Below, piece after piece: positions 53,076-64,000 of a stretch of 64,000 nucleotides of DNA. Origin of the DNA: Shigella phage JK23; the sequence record MK962752. One strand, 5' to 3'. The position numbers and the translations under genes were made by a program. The notes beneath the pieces are model-generated. The model did no database searches. It saw only the letters and a list, made by a program, of their open reading frames with translations, and was not told the origin of the DNA. The first letter of the stretch is position 1. Each line of letters opens with the position of its first letter.

Positions 53076-56000
53076 ATGGCCGAGATTAAAAGAAAGTTCA
53101 GAGCAGAAGATGGTCTGGACGCAGGTGGCGATAAAATAATCAACGTAGCTTTAGCTGACCGTACCGTAGGAACTGACGGTGTTAACGTTGATTACTTAAT
53201 TCAAGAAAACACAGTTCAGCAATATGATCCAACTCGTGGATATTTAAAAGATTTTGTAATCATTTATAATAATCGTTTTTGGGCAGCAACGGATAATATT
53301 CCAAAACCTGCTGGAAATTTTAATAGAATTCGTTGGAAAGCATTACGTACTGATGCCGTATATACAACCGTATCATCTGGACCATATCAATTAAAATCCG
53401 GAGAAGCAATTTCAGTAGATACATCAGTTGGCAATGACATTGAGTTTACTTTACCACCTTCTCCGCTTGATGGAGAAACCGTAATAATTCAAGATATCGG
53501 TGGAAAACCTGGCATAAATCAGGTTAAAATAAATTCTTCAAATCAGAGTATTGTCAATTTTAGAGGTGAACAGGTACGTTCAGTTTTAATGACTCATCCA
53601 AAGTCACAGATGATATTCATTTTTAATAATCGTTTGTGGCAAATGTATGTTGCTGATTATAGCAGAGAAGCTGCGATTGTTACTCCATCGACTGCGTATC
53701 AAGCACAATCTAATGATTTTATCGTACGTAGATTTACTTCTGCTGCACCAATTAATGTTAAACTTCCGAGATTTGCTAATCATGGCGATATTATTAATTT
53801 CGTTGATTTAGATAAACTGAATCCACTTTATCATACAATTGTTACTACATACGATGAAACGACTTCAGTACAAGAAGTTGGAACTCATTCCATTGAAGGC
53901 CGTACATCGATTGACGGTTTCTTGATGTTTGACGATAATGAGAAATTGTGGAGATTGTTTGACGGGGATAGTAAAGCACGTTTACGCATTATAACAACTA
54001 ATTCAAATATTCGTCCAAATGAAGAAGTCATGGTATTTGGCGCGAATAATGGAACAACCCAAACAATTGAACTTCAGCTTCCGACTGATATTTCTGTTGG
54101 TGATACTGTTAAAATTTCCATGAATTACATGAGAAAAGGACAAACAGTTAAAATCAAAGCTGCTGGTGAAGATAAAATTGCTTCTTCAGTTCAATTGCTG
54201 CAATTCCCAAAACGTTCAGAATATCCGCCTGAAGCTGAATGGGTAACAGTTCAAGAATTAGTTTTTAATGGTGAAACTAATTATGTACCAGTTTTGCAAC
54301 TTGCTTATATAGAAGATTCTGATGGAAAATACTGGGTTGTACAGCAAAACGTTCCAACAGTTGAAAGAGTCGATTCTTTAAATAATTCTACTAGAGCAAG
54401 ATTAGGCGTAATTGCTTTAGCTACACAAGCTCAAGCAAATGCTGATTTAGAAAATTCTCCACAAAAAGAATTAGCAATTACTCCAGAAACGTTAGCTAAT
54501 CGTACTGCTACTGAAACTCGCAGAGGTATTGCAAGAATAGCAACTACTGCTCAAGTAAATCAGAACACCACATTCTCTTTTGCAGATGACCTTATCATCA
54601 CTCCTAAAAAGCTGAATGAAAGAACTGCTACAGAAACTCGCAGAGGTGTTGCTGAAATTGCTACGCAGCAGGAAACTAATACAGGTATCGATGATACTAC
54701 AATCATCACTCCTAAAAAGCTTCAAGCTCGTCAAGGTTCTGAAACATTATCGGGTATTGTAACTTTTGTATCTACTGCAGGAGCTACTCCAGCTTCTAGT
54801 CGTGAATTAAATGGTACAAATGTTTATAATAAAAACACTAATAATTTAGTTGTTTCACCTAAAGCTTTGGATCAGTATAAAGCTACTCCAACGCAACAAG
54901 GCGCAGTAATTTTAGCAGTTGAAAGTGAAGTAATTGCTGGACAAAGCCAAGAAGGATGGGCAAATGCGGTTGTAACACCAGAAACGTTACATAAAAAGAC
55001 ATCAACTGATGGAAGAATTGGTTTAATTGAAATTGCTACGCAAAGCGAAGTTAATACAGGAACTGATTATACTCGCGCAGTCACTCCTAAAACTTTAAAT
55101 GACCGTAGAGCAACTGAAAGTTTAAGTGGTATAGCTGAAATTGCTACGCAAGTTGAATTCGACGCAGGCGTCGACGATACTCGTATCTCTACACCATTAA
55201 AAATTAAAACCAGATTTAATAGTACTGATCGTACTTCTGTTGTTGCTCTATCTGGATTAGTTGAATCAGGAACTCTCTGGGACCATTATACCCTTAATAT
55301 TCTTGAAGCAAATGAGACACAGCGTGGTACACTTCGTGTAGCTACACAAGTTGAAGCTGCTGCAGGAACATTGGATAATGTTCTAATAACTCCTAAAAAG
55401 CTTTTAGGTACTAAATCTACTGAAGCACAGGAAGGCGTTATTAAAGTTGCAACTCGGTCTGAAACTGTAGCTGGAACGTCAGCAAATACTGCTGTATCTC
55501 CAAAAAATTTAAAATGGATTGTGCAGAGTGAACCTACTTGGGCAGCGACTACTGCGATAAGAGGTTTTGTTAAAACTTCGTCTGGTTCAATTACATTCGT
55601 TGGTAATGATACAGCTGGTTCAACACAGCCATTAGAATCATATGAGAAAAATGGTTATGCAGTATCACCATATGAATTAAATCGCGTATTAGCAAATTAT
55701 TTGCCATTAAAAGCAAAAGCCGTAGATAGTAATTTATTAGATGGTCTAGATTCGCTCCAGTTCATTCGTAGGGACATTGCACAAACAGTTAATGGTTCAC
55801 TAACCTTAACCCAACAAACGAATCTGGGTGCCCCTCTTGTATCATCTAGTACTGCTACATTCGGTGGATCAGTTTCAGCAAATAGTACATTAACTATTTC
55901 TAATACTGGAACGGCAACTCGTCTGATTTTTGAGAAAGGACCTCAAACTGGAACAAACCCGGCTCAAACGATGACAGTCAGAGTGTGGGGAAATCAATTT

Positions 56001-56945
56001 AGCGGGGAATCAGACACAACACGTTCTACCGTATTTGAAGTTAGTGATGAAACGTCTAGTCATTTTTATTCTCAGCGTAATAAAGCTGGAAATATAACAT
56101 TTAATATCAACGGTACAGTAACACCGATAAATGTTAATGCTTCAGGAACATTGAATGCAAATGGTGTAGCAACATTTGGTAATTCAGTCACTGCAACTGG
56201 TGAAATTATTTCTCGAAGCGCAAATGCTTTCCGTGCTATTAACGGAAATTATGGTTTCATTGTTCGCAATGATGGATCAGTAACGAATTTTATGCTTACT
56301 GCATCAGGCAATCAGACTGGTGGATTTAATGGATTACGTCCATTGTCCATTAATAATCAATCTGGGCAGGTCACAATTGGTGAAAGCTTGATCATTGCTA
56401 AAGGTGCTACTATAAATTCAGGTGGTTTAACTGTTAACTCGAGAATTCGTTCTCAAGGTGTTAAAACATCTGATTTATATACCCGTGCGCCGACATCTGA
56501 TACTGTAGGATTCTGGTCAATCGATATTAATGATTCAGCCACTTATAACCAGTTCCCGGGTTATTTTAAAATGGTTGAAAAAACTAATGAAGTTACTGGA
56601 CTTCCATACTTAGAACGTGGTGAAGAAGTTAAATCTCCTGGTACATTGACTCAGTTTGGTAACACACTTGATTCACTTTACCAAGATTGGATTACTTATC
56701 CAACGACCCCAGAAGCACGTACCACTCGCTGGACACGTACATGGCAGAAAACCAAAAACTCTTGGTCAAGTTTTGTTCAGGTATTTGACGGAGGTAACCC
56801 TCCTCAACCTTCAGATATAGGAGCGATCCCATCTGATAATGGAATAATAGGTAATCTTACTATTCGCGATTTCTTACGAATTGGTAATGTTCGCATTATT
56901 CCTGACCCAGTGAATAAAACTGTTAAATTTGAATGGGTTGAATAA
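53076..56945 (+). CDS. 34: long tail fibre proximal subunit gp34
   Basis: 1289-aa ORF (T4 gp34 length) after TATAAATA; internal ~40-aa repeats. Confidence 0.93.
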   Translation: MAEIKRKFRAEDGLDAGGDKIINVALADRTVGTDGVNVDYLIQENTVQQYDPTRGYLKDFVIIYNNRFWAATDNIPKPAGNFNRIRWKALRTDAVYTTVSSGPYQLKSGEAISVDTSVGNDIEFTLPPSPLDGETVIIQDIGGKPGINQVKINSSNQSIVNFRGEQVRSVLMTHPKSQMIFIFNNRLWQMYVADYSREAAIVTPSTAYQAQSNDFIVRRFTSAAPINVKLPRFANHGDIINFVDLDKLNPLYHTIVTTYDETTSVQEVGTHSIEGRTSIDGFLMFDDNEKLWRLFDGDSKARLRIITTNSNIRPNEEVMVFGANNGTTQTIELQLPTDISVGDTVKISMNYMRKGQTVKIKAAGEDKIASSVQLLQFPKRSEYPPEAEWVTVQELVFNGETNYVPVLQLAYIEDSDGKYWVVQQNVPTVERVDSLNNSTRARLGVIALATQAQANADLENSPQKELAITPETLANRTATETRRGIARIATTAQVNQNTTFSFADDLIITPKKLNERTATETRRGVAEIATQQETNTGIDDTTIITPKKLQARQGSETLSGIVTFVSTAGATPASSRELNGTNVYNKNTNNLVVSPKALDQYKATPTQQGAVILAVESEVIAGQSQEGWANAVVTPETLHKKTSTDGRIGLIEIATQSEVNTGTDYTRAVTPKTLNDRRATESLSGIAEIATQVEFDAGVDDTRISTPLKIKTRFNSTDRTSVVALSGLVESGTLWDHYTLNILEANETQRGTLRVATQVEAAAGTLDNVLITPKKLLGTKSTEAQEGVIKVATRSETVAGTSANTAVSPKNLKWIVQSEPTWAATTAIRGFVKTSSGSITFVGNDTAGSTQPLESYEKNGYAVSPYELNRVLANYLPLKAKAVDSNLLDGLDSLQFIRRDIAQTVNGSLTLTQQTNLGAPLVSSSTATFGGSVSANSTLTISNTGTATRLIFEKGPQTGTNPAQTMTVRVWGNQFSGESDTTRSTVFEVSDETSSHFYSQRNKAGNITFNINGTVTPINVNASGTLNANGVATFGNSVTATGEIISRSANAFRAINGNYGFIVRNDGSVTNFMLTASGNQTGGFNGLRPLSINNQSGQVTIGESLIIAKGATINSGGLTVNSRIRSQGVKTSDLYTRAPTSDTVGFWSIDINDSATYNQFPGYFKMVEKTNEVTGLPYLERGEEVKSPGTLTQFGNTLDSLYQDWITYPTTPEARTTRWTRTWQKTKNSWSSFVQVFDGGNPPQPSDIGAIPSDNGIIGNLTIRDFLRIGNVRIIPDPVNKTVKFEWVE

Positions 56946-56953
56946 GAGGTATT

Positions 56954-58069
56954 ATGGAAAAATTTATGGCAGAGTTTGGACAAGGATATGTCCAAACGCC
57001 ATTTTTATCGGAAAGCAATTCAGTAAGATATAAAATAAGTATAGCGGGTTCTTGCCCGCTTTCTACAGCAGGACCATATGTTAAATTTCAAGATAATCCT
57101 GTAGGAAGTCAAACATTTAGCGCAGGTCTTCATTTAAAAGTTTTTGACCCTTCTACAGGAGCATTAGTTGACAGTAAATCATATGCTTTTTCTACTTCAA
57201 ATAATACTACATCAGCTGCTTTTGTTAGTTTCATGAATTCTTTGTCAAACAATAGACTTGTTGCTATATTAACTAGCGGAAAGGTTAATTTTCCTCCTGA
57301 AGTGGTATCTTGGTTAAGGGGAGCAGGAACTTCAGTTTTTCCATCAGATTCAGTATTGTCAAGATTTGACGTATCATATGCTGCTTTTTATACTTCTTCT
57401 AAAAGAGCTATTGCATTAGAGCATGTTAAACTAAGTAATAGAAAAAGCACAGATGATTATCAAACTATTTTAGATGTTGTATTTGATAGTTTAGAAGACG
57501 TCGGAGCGACAGGATTTCCAAAAAGAACTTATGAAAGTGTCGAGCAATTCATGTCAGCAGTTGGTGGAACTAATAACGAAATTGCGCGATTGCCAACTTC
57601 AGCTGCTATAAGTAAACTTTCTGACTATAATTTAATTCCTGGTGATGTTCTTTATCTTAAAGCACAGTTATATGCTGATGCTGATTTACTTGATCTTGGA
57701 ACTACAAACATATCCATTCGTTTTTATGATGCATCAAATGGATATATTTCCTCTACCCAAGCTGAGTTTACTGGGCAAGCTGGGTCTTGGGAATTAAAAG
57801 AAGATTATGTAGTTGTTCCTGAAAATGCAGTAGGATTTACGATATATGCACAAAGAACTGCCCAAGCAGGTCAAGGCGGCATGAGAAATTTAAGCTTTTC
57901 TGAAGTATCAAGAAATGGCGGCATTTCAAAACCTGCCGAATTTGGCGTCAACGGTATTCGCGTTAATTATGTCTGCGAATCGGCTTCACCTCCAGATATA
58001 ATGGTACTTCCTACACAAGCCTCTTCTAAAACTGGCAAAGTGTTTGGGCAAGAATTTAGAGAAGTTTAA
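56954..58069 (+). CDS. 35: long tail fibre hinge protein gp35
   Basis: 371-aa ORF; position and size match T4 gp35. Confidence 0.9.
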   Translation: MEKFMAEFGQGYVQTPFLSESNSVRYKISIAGSCPLSTAGPYVKFQDNPVGSQTFSAGLHLKVFDPSTGALVDSKSYAFSTSNNTTSAAFVSFMNSLSNNRLVAILTSGKVNFPPEVVSWLRGAGTSVFPSDSVLSRFDVSYAAFYTSSKRAIALEHVKLSNRKSTDDYQTILDVVFDSLEDVGATGFPKRTYESVEQFMSAVGGTNNEIARLPTSAAISKLSDYNLIPGDVLYLKAQLYADADLLDLGTTNISIRFYDASNGYISSTQAEFTGQAGSWELKEDYVVVPENAVGFTIYAQRTAQAGQGGMRNLSFSEVSRNGGISKPAEFGVNGIRVNYVCESASPPDIMVLPTQASSKTGKVFGQEFREV

Positions 58070-58074
58070 ACTAA

Positions 58075-58092
58075 GGGAGCCTTTGGGTTCCC
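58075..58092 (+). terminator. hairpin after gene 35
   Basis: GGGAGCC-TTTG-GGTTCCC followed by TTTTTC. Confidence 0.6.
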
Positions 58093-58100
58093 TTTTTCTT

Positions 58101-58108
58101 TATAAATA
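58101..58108 (+). promoter_or_regulatory. late promoter TATAAATA (gene 36)
   Basis: Exact motif after the gene 35 terminator hairpin. Confidence 0.7.
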
Positions 58109-58131
58109 ATATTAAAATAAAGGGGCATATA

Positions 58132-58782
58132 ATGGCTGATTTAAAAGTAGGTTCAACTGTTGGTGGATCTGTCATTTGGCATCAAGGAAATTTTCCATTG
58201 AATTCAGCCGGTGACGATGTACTCTACAAATCATTTAAAATATATTCAGAATATAATAAACCGCAGGCAGCTGATAACGATTTCGTTTCTAAAGCTAATG
58301 GTGGTACTTACACCGGTCCAATTACTATTAATTACGGGGTAAATAGTTATCTTCAATTAAGTAATAATGAAACCCCCATCCGAATTCGTTCTGGTGGCGG
58401 CACTGGTAATACTCTTGTAGTTGGTGGCTCTTCTGGCGGTATTAGTTTTAGACCAGCAGGTAGTGAAATCACTACTGGACAAATTACTATTACGCCAGAA
58501 GGTTTGACAACATTTACCAAAGCTGTAACGGCTCCATCTGTAACTGTCACATCTACTCCTTCCGCAGCATCTGATGCTACTCGTAAAGATTATGTTGATG
58601 GAGCAATAAATACTGTTACAGCAAATGCAAACTCTAGGGTATTACGCTCTGGAGACACTATGACAGGAAATTTAACTGCGCCAAACCTTTTTTCACAGAA
58701 TCCTGCATCTCAACCTTCACACGTTCCACGATTTGACCAAATCGTAATTAAGGATTCTGTTCAAGATTTCGGCTATTATTAA
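58132..58782 (+). CDS. 36: long tail fibre distal connector gp36
   Basis: 216-aa ORF after TATAAATA. Confidence 0.9.
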   Translation: MADLKVGSTVGGSVIWHQGNFPLNSAGDDVLYKSFKIYSEYNKPQAADNDFVSKANGGTYTGPITINYGVNSYLQLSNNETPIRIRSGGGTGNTLVVGGSSGGISFRPAGSEITTGQITITPEGLTTFTKAVTAPSVTVTSTPSAASDATRKDYVDGAINTVTANANSRVLRSGDTMTGNLTAPNLFSQNPASQPSHVPRFDQIVIKDSVQDFGYY

Positions 58783-58790
58783 GAGGACTT

Positions 58791-60710
58791 ATGGCTACTT
58801 TAAAACAAATACAATTTAAAAGAAGCAAAACTGCAGGTCAACGTCCTGCTGCTTCAGTATTAGCCGAAGGTGAATTGGCTATAAACTTAAAAGATAAAAC
58901 AATTTTCACAAAAGATGACTCAGGTAGTGTTATAGAATTAGGTTTAAAATATGGAGGAACAATTGATGGTTCTTTAACTGTTAATGGAAATATAATTGGA
59001 AATTTAACAGGTAACGCTGCAACTGCAACGAAATTAAAAACAGCACGAAAAATTAATGGTATATCCTTTGATGGGTCAAAGGATATCACGCTAACTCCAT
59101 CTGACATAAATGTCAATAGCACAACATTTATAAAAAATAATGGCGAATTACCTGTTGATGCTAATTTAGATGAGTATGGGCCTGTTGAAGAATATCTTGG
59201 TGTTTGGTCGAAAGCAACTTCAACCAACGCTCAACCAGCAAATAAATTTCCAGAAGAAAATGCTGTAGGTGTGCTAGAAGTATTTGTGGCCGGTCAATTT
59301 GCTGGTACTCAGAGATATACAACTAGATACGGAAATGTTTATATTCGTTCCTTGACTGCTACATGGAACGGAGTAAATGGTCCGTGGAGTGTGTGGCGAA
59401 ATATTCAATCCGGTACTCGTCCACTGTCAACAACAATTGATCTTAATGATCTAGGAGGCGCTGAACACTTTGGTTTGTGGCGAAATAGTTCAAATTCCAT
59501 TGCTACCTTTGACAGAAATTTCCCAGAAGAGGGGTCGTCAGCTCAAGGTCTTTTGGAAGTATATGAAGGTGGAAACTATTCTCGTACACAAAGATATACA
59601 ACCAGATTTGGTGTTGTATATACTCGTTGTCTTGCTGCCGCGTGGGATGCTTCCGCGCCTAAATGGGGACCGTGGCAACAAGTCGGTAATGTCACACCAG
59701 CGACTTTCTATGACGGAGATCTGAATGATTTTAAAACCCCTGGGTTATATAATATTTTAGGCACTGATGCCGTTATTAACTGTCCTACAGGTGAAGGTTT
59801 GCCGACTGTTATTGTTGGTTTGCTGGAAGTTAAACAACGTGCTTCTGGCGGTGCTATTTTCCAAAAATTTACTACTGCCGGAACGGGTGCAACTACTCGC
59901 GATCGTATTTTTGAGCGTGCATATACTGGTGGTGTGTGGGGTGCATGGAACGAAGTATATACATCTTACTCTCTGCCAATTACTTTAGGTATGGGTGGTA
60001 TTAAAACTCAATTAGCGGAGCTAGATTGGCAAACATTTGATTTTGTTCCTGGTAGTATGTTTAGCGTTCCTTTGAACAAAATAAAGAACATGCCAGCTAA
60101 TATGAATTGGGGCACGATTGACGGAAACTTAATTATGTTTTCTGTTGGTCCTAGCGAGCACACCAGCACAGGACGTACTGTTCAGGTTTGGCGTGGAACT
60201 GTATCCCAGACAAACTATCGTTATTTTGTCGTTCGTGTGTTCGGTAATTCTGGAAATAGAACTTGCACAGTTCGCCGTGTTGTTCTTGAAGACGGATCAC
60301 ATACTTGGACTGCTCAACAAAACTTTAGGGGATTGCTGAATATCACTGCTGCTGTTAATCTTGGTGCTAATCAGAAAATTTCACTTGCTCCAGGAGCATA
60401 TATTCAAGCCCCTGCTAGCGGTTCTGGTTCTAATACTTACGCAAATCAGAATACTACCATTGCGCCATTATATCAGGCTATTGACGATTCAAATAAAAAC
60501 CAGTTTGCGCCAATTGTTAAACAGAAAAATACTGTAAGTAATATCACCTTTGCCACTGGTATGGCTATAGGTACATCCGAATATAAGATCATTGCTCAGG
60601 GTGATTTATCCGCTGATGGAACAGCAGATGGGTTAAAACAGTGGACTTTCATGCCGTCAGGTTATTTTAAATCTCCAGGGCGTGTATATGTCATTATATC
60701 AGGCTATTGA
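58791..60710 (+). CDS. 37: long tail fibre distal subunit gp37, N-terminal 639-aa ORF ending at a frameshift
   Basis: ATG 58791; frame terminates at TGA 60708-60710, 17 bp into the second copy of a 226-bp tandem duplication. Confidence 0.85.
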   Translation: MATLKQIQFKRSKTAGQRPAASVLAEGELAINLKDKTIFTKDDSGSVIELGLKYGGTIDGSLTVNGNIIGNLTGNAATATKLKTARKINGISFDGSKDITLTPSDINVNSTTFIKNNGELPVDANLDEYGPVEEYLGVWSKATSTNAQPANKFPEENAVGVLEVFVAGQFAGTQRYTTRYGNVYIRSLTATWNGVNGPWSVWRNIQSGTRPLSTTIDLNDLGGAEHFGLWRNSSNSIATFDRNFPEEGSSAQGLLEVYEGGNYSRTQRYTTRFGVVYTRCLAAAWDASAPKWGPWQQVGNVTPATFYDGDLNDFKTPGLYNILGTDAVINCPTGEGLPTVIVGLLEVKQRASGGAIFQKFTTAGTGATTRDRIFERAYTGGVWGAWNEVYTSYSLPITLGMGGIKTQLAELDWQTFDFVPGSMFSVPLNKIKNMPANMNWGTIDGNLIMFSVGPSEHTSTGRTVQVWRGTVSQTNYRYFVVRVFGNSGNRTCTVRRVVLEDGSHTWTAQQNFRGLLNITAAVNLGANQKISLAPGAYIQAPASGSGSNTYANQNTTIAPLYQAIDDSNKNQFAPIVKQKNTVSNITFATGMAIGTSEYKIIAQGDLSADGTADGLKQWTFMPSGYFKSPGRVYVIISGY

Positions 60711-60917
60711 CGATTCAAATAAAAACCAGTTTGCGCCAATTGTTAAACAGAAAAATACTGTAAGTAATATCACCTTTGCCACTGGTATGGCTATAGGTAC
60801 ATCCGAATATAAGATCATTGCTCAGGGTGATTTATCCGCTGATGGAACAGCAGATGGGTTAAAACAGTGGACTTTCATGCCGTCAGGTTATTTTAAATCT
60901 CCAGGGCGTGTATATGT
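60466..60917 (+). repeat. perfect tandem direct duplication, 2 x 226 bp, inside gene 37
   Basis: 60466-60691 is base-for-base identical to 60692-60917; 226 is not a multiple of 3. Confidence 0.95.
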
Positions 60918-61962
60918 CGGTGATGCGTTCCTTAATACAGATGGTAATATTGCCGGTTCAATCTGGAAGAAATATAACAATGCGACAAATTTAGATGCTG
61001 CCTTGAATACTCGCGTAGGTAAAGGCGGTGATACGATGACAGGTCGGTTAACAATCAATGCACCTAATGATTCTATTGTATTATCAACGACTGCTAGTAA
61101 TTCTTTGCATATTCGTGGTGACATAGACGGGACTGGTAACTGGTATATTGGTAAGGGTGGTGCTGATAATTCGCTAGCATTTTATAGCTATGCTTCTCAG
61201 GCGGCAGTACATATCACAAACAATGGTGAGATTGCGTTAAACCCGCAAAATACCGCAATGGTTAACGTTAACCGTGACCGTGTACACATTAACGGTTCTG
61301 GATGGATTGCTAGACAACCGGGTGATTGGGGCAACCAATGGCGAGTAGAAGCTCCATTATTCGTTGATCATGGTTATGTTTCACAGGATTGTTATTATCC
61401 TATTCTTAAAGCAAGAAGCGTTATAACCAATCAAGGATATAGCACCGCTGTTGACTTTGGTATGCGTCGTATTCCATCACAGTGGGGGCAAGCAATCATT
61501 CGTGTCGGATCCACGGAGGCTTCTCCTGATGCTGGACACCCACAAGCTATATTTGAATTCCATCATGATGGATTCTTTTATACACCAGGAAATGGTAGCT
61601 TTAGCGATGTGTATATTCGTTCTGACTCCCGTCTCAAGATTAATAAAGAAGAATTAGAATATGGAGCGGTCGAAAAAGTTTGCCGACTGAAAGTTTATAT
61701 TTACGATAAAGTTAAGTCTATTAAAGACCGTAGTGTTATTAAACGTGAAGTTGGTATTATTGCTCAGGACCTTGAAAAGGAATTACCGGAAGCTGTATCT
61801 AAAGTTGAAGTTGATGGATCTGATGTTCTGACAATTTCTAACTCTGCTGTGAATGCTCTTTTAATTAAGGCTATTCAGGAAATGAGTGAAGAAATTAAAG
61901 AATTGAAAACGCCTCTCTTTACTAAAATTGCTCGCAAAATTAGTAAATATTTTAAATTCTAA
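60682..61962 (+). pseudogene. 37: gp37 C-terminal portion (+1 frame relative to N-terminal ORF), including C-terminal chaperone-like domain
   Basis: No ATG (track start is GTG); repeats residues [10 protein letters not shown]...SPGRVYV of the upstream ORF, then continues; C-terminus has SDSRLKINKEEL motif typical of tail-fibre intramolecular chaperone domains. Confidence 0.8.
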
Positions 61963-61968
61963 CAACAA

Positions 61969-61983
61969 GGGGGAAATGCCCCC
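61969..61983 (+). terminator. hairpin after gene 37
   Basis: GGGGG-AAATG-CCCCC followed by TTT. Confidence 0.55.
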
Positions 61984-61998
61984 TTTGGAGTATAAATT

Positions 61999-62781
61999 AT
62001 GGCAGTAGTTGGTGTTCCTGGTTGGATTGGAAGTTCAGCCGCAAATGAAACAGGACAGCGCTGGATGAGTCAAGCGGCTGGTCAATTAAGATTGGGTGTT
62101 CCTTGCTGGATGAGTCAATTTGCAGGTCGCTCACGAGAAATTATTCACACGCTTGGAGCAGACCATAACTTCAATGGTCAATGGTTCCGAGATAGATGTT
62201 TTGAGGCAGGTAGTGCACCTATAGTGTTTAATATTACAGGTGATTTAGTATCATATTCTAAAGATGTTCCTTTATTCTTCATGTACGGAGATACACCAAA
62301 TGAATATGTTCAGTTAAATATACATGGCGTAACGATGTATGGACGTGGCGGTAATGGTGGTAGCAATAGTCCTGGCTCAGCTGGAGGTCATTGTATTCAA
62401 AACGATATTGGTGGGAGACTAAGAATTAATAATGGTGGAGCTATTGCTGGCGGCGGTGGCGGCGGTGGCGGCGGATATTATTCTCCTTTTTCACAAATGA
62501 GATTAACCTTTGGCGGTGGTGGTGGGCGTCCGTTTGGTGCACCTGGCGGATCTATTGATATGCAATCAGGCGCAACTGCTGGTACTATTTCTGCACCTGG
62601 CTCAGGATCCGTGAATGGTATCTATAATGGTGGAAACGGTGGTGAAGTAGGTTCCGCGGGAGGTAGATGCAATATTCGCGGTCAAGGATCTGAATATAAT
62701 GGCGGCGCTGCTGGTTATGCTGTCATAGGGTCTGCTCCAACGTGGCAAAATGTTGGAGCAATATATGGTCCAAGAGTATAA
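61999..62781 (+). CDS. 38: tail fibre adhesin gp38 (T2/T6 type, glycine-rich motifs)
   Basis: 260-aa ORF with conserved N-terminus and C-terminal Gly-rich blocks ([16 protein letters not shown]). Confidence 0.9.
   Translation: MAVVGVPGWIGSSAANETGQRWMSQAAGQLRLGVPCWMSQFAGRSREIIHTLGADHNFNGQWFRDRCFEAGSAPIVFNITGDLVSYSKDVPLFFMYGDTPNEYVQLNIHGVTMYGRGGNGGSNSPGSAGGHCIQNDIGGRLRINNGGAIAGGGGGGGGGYYSPFSQMRLTFGGGGGRPFGAPGGSIDMQSGATAGTISAPGSGSVNGIYNGGNGGEVGSAGGRCNIRGQGSEYNGGAAGYAVIGSAPTWQNVGAIYGPRV
62449..62475 (+). repeat. (GGN)9 trinucleotide tract encoding poly-Gly in gp38
   Basis: ggcggcggtggcggcggtggcggcgga read directly. Confidence 0.9.
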
Positions 62782-62811
62782 TGTGAATAAATACCCTTAA
62801 AAGGAGGGTCT

Positions 62812-63468
62812 ATGGCAGCACCTAGAATATCATTTTCGCCCTCTGATATTCTATTTGGTGTTCTAGATCGCTTGTTCAAAGATAACGCTACCGGGAAGGT
62901 TCTTGCTTCCCGGGTAGCTGTCGTAATTCTTTTATTTATGATGGCGATTGTTTGGTATAGGGGAGATAGTTTCTTTGAGTACTATAAGCAATCAAAGTAT
63001 GAAACATACAGTGAAATTATTGAAAAGGAAAGAAATGCACGCTTTGAATCTGTCGCCCTGGAACAACTCCAGATAGTTCATATATCATCTGAGGCAGACT
63101 TTAGTGCGGTGTATTCTTTCCGCCCTAAAAACTTAAACTATTTTGTTGATATTATAGCATATGAAGGAAGATTACCTTCAACAATAACTGAAAAATCACT
63201 TGGAGGATATCCTGTTGATAAAACTATGGATGAATATACAGTTCATTTAAATGGACGTCATTATTATTCCGACTCAAAATTTGCTTTTTTACCAACTAAA
63301 AAGCCTACTCCCGAAATAAACTACATGTACAGTTGTCCATATTTTAATTTGGATAATATCTATGCTGGAACAATAACCATGTACTGGTATAGAAATGATC
63401 ATATAAGTAATGACCGCCTTGAATCAATATGTGCTCAGGCGGCCAGAATATTAGGAAGGGCTAAATAA
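62812..63468 (+). CDS. t: holin T
   Basis: 218-aa ORF (T4 T length) with single N-terminal TM segment, downstream of gene 38. Confidence 0.9.
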   Translation: MAAPRISFSPSDILFGVLDRLFKDNATGKVLASRVAVVILLFMMAIVWYRGDSFFEYYKQSKYETYSEIIEKERNARFESVALEQLQIVHISSEADFSAVYSFRPKNLNYFVDIIAYEGRLPSTITEKSLGGYPVDKTMDEYTVHLNGRHYYSDSKFAFLPTKKPTPEINYMYSCPYFNLDNIYAGTITMYWYRNDHISNDRLESICAQAARILGRAK

Positions 63469-63741
63469 TTATTTGTTTGTATACATCTCTAGATATCGAT
63501 ATACACCCTCAAAACCCTCGTTGAATTCGTCGATGAGGGTTTTCTTATCTTCTTGGGTTAATTCAGAAACAATTTTACGAAATGAATTCTGATTTAACTT
63601 TCTACCTTCATGCGTTACTCCAATCTCATTCAGAAATGCAATAAAATTAGCACGATTCTCAACAATATCTTCTCTGGAAAATTTAATCAAAATAGATGCA
63701 ACAGTAATAATTTCACGAACTGTATCAATGTTTTTATTCAT
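63469..63741 (-). CDS. asiA: anti-sigma70 factor AsiA
   Basis: 90-aa ORF (T4 AsiA length) with early promoter upstream. Confidence 0.9.
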   Translation of the reverse strand: MNKNIDTVREIITVASILIKFSREDIVENRANFIAFLNEIGVTHEGRKLNQNSFRKIVSELTQEDKKTLIDEFNEGFEGVYRYLEMYTNK

Positions 63742-63753
63742 TAACTATACCAC

Positions 63754-63906
63754 TCAATTAGTTGACTTTGTTATAATATCATCAGACGCTTGATTTGTAA
63801 ACTGGTCTGTGTTATTTTCTTCAAAAATTTTTTCTACGAATTCCTTGAACGACTCGCGTTCCTGAGCTACATTATGCTCGATTACCTTTTCAAGATTATA
63901 ACTCAT
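63754..63906 (-). CDS. hypothetical small protein (50 aa)
   Basis: ATG 63906 overlaps stop of upstream ORF (ATGA); not in ORF track; asiA promoter lies in its 3' part. Confidence 0.35.
   Translation of the reverse strand: MSYNLEKVIEHNVAQERESFKEFVEKIFEENNTDQFTNQASDDIITKSTN
63773..63802 (-). promoter_or_regulatory. early promoter of asiA (GTTTAC, 18 bp, TATTAT)
   Basis: Read on - strand, about 30 bp upstream of asiA ATG. Confidence 0.55.
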
Positions 63907-64000
63907 TCGAAATAATCTTCAATTTCGTAATCATGGACATAAATCATTATAGTTTTTAATACATCATCAATGCTTTTTCCTGGGGCTGGAATTACGTAGA
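63903..64000 (-). CDS. 3' end of an ORF continuing beyond the window (possibly arn region)
   Basis: Open frame from window edge to TGA at 63903-63905 on the - strand. Confidence 0.35.
   Translation of the reverse strand, partial: YVIPAPGKSIDDVLKTIMIYVHDYEIEDYFE

Noticed and set aside
61991-61998. TATAAATT directly abutting the gene 38 ATG
   Set aside because: One mismatch to the late-promoter consensus and no room for a leader with RBS; gene 38 is more likely co-transcribed with gene 37.

Overview
This 64-kb window is a contiguous segment of a T-even (T4-like, Tequatrovirus-type) coliphage genome. It is T2/T6-like rather than T4 itself: td and nrdB are uninterrupted by introns, no homing-endonuclease genes are seen, and gp38 is a glycine-rich adhesin. 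Gene order is collinear with T4, from the 3' end of gene 17 through 18-24, rnlB, hoc, inh, uvsW, uvsY, 25-26, 51, 27-29, 48, 54, alt, 30, 30.1-30.9, rIII, 31, cd, pseT, alc, rnlA, denA, nrdB, nrdA, td, frd, 32, 59, 33, dsbA, rnh, 34-38, t and asiA. Late structural genes lie on the + strand behind TATAAATA late promoters; early and middle genes lie on the - strand behind GTTTAC/TATAAT-type early promoters or MotA-box middle promoters. GGGACC-tetraloop-GGTCCC style hairpins punctuate gene ends. All identifications rest on reading the sequence and recalling T4 proteins; no database search was run. Start codons were corrected where the ORF track began at a TTG or GTG. No previously undescribed system was found. 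The most unusual features are: (1) a perfect 226-bp tandem duplication inside gene 37 that frameshifts the distal tail fibre into two ORFs; (2) a roughly 400-bp ORF-poor, GC-elevated gap between rIII and 30.9; (3) two tandem, diverged Alt-type ADP-ribosyltransferase paralogues next to a NADAR-like gene (30.3); (4) a Hoc with four rather than three Ig-like domains; (5) an identical 54-bp early-promoter/leader cassette at two loci; (6) small-ORF blocks expanded relative to T4 (pseT-alc, frd-td, 32-frd).
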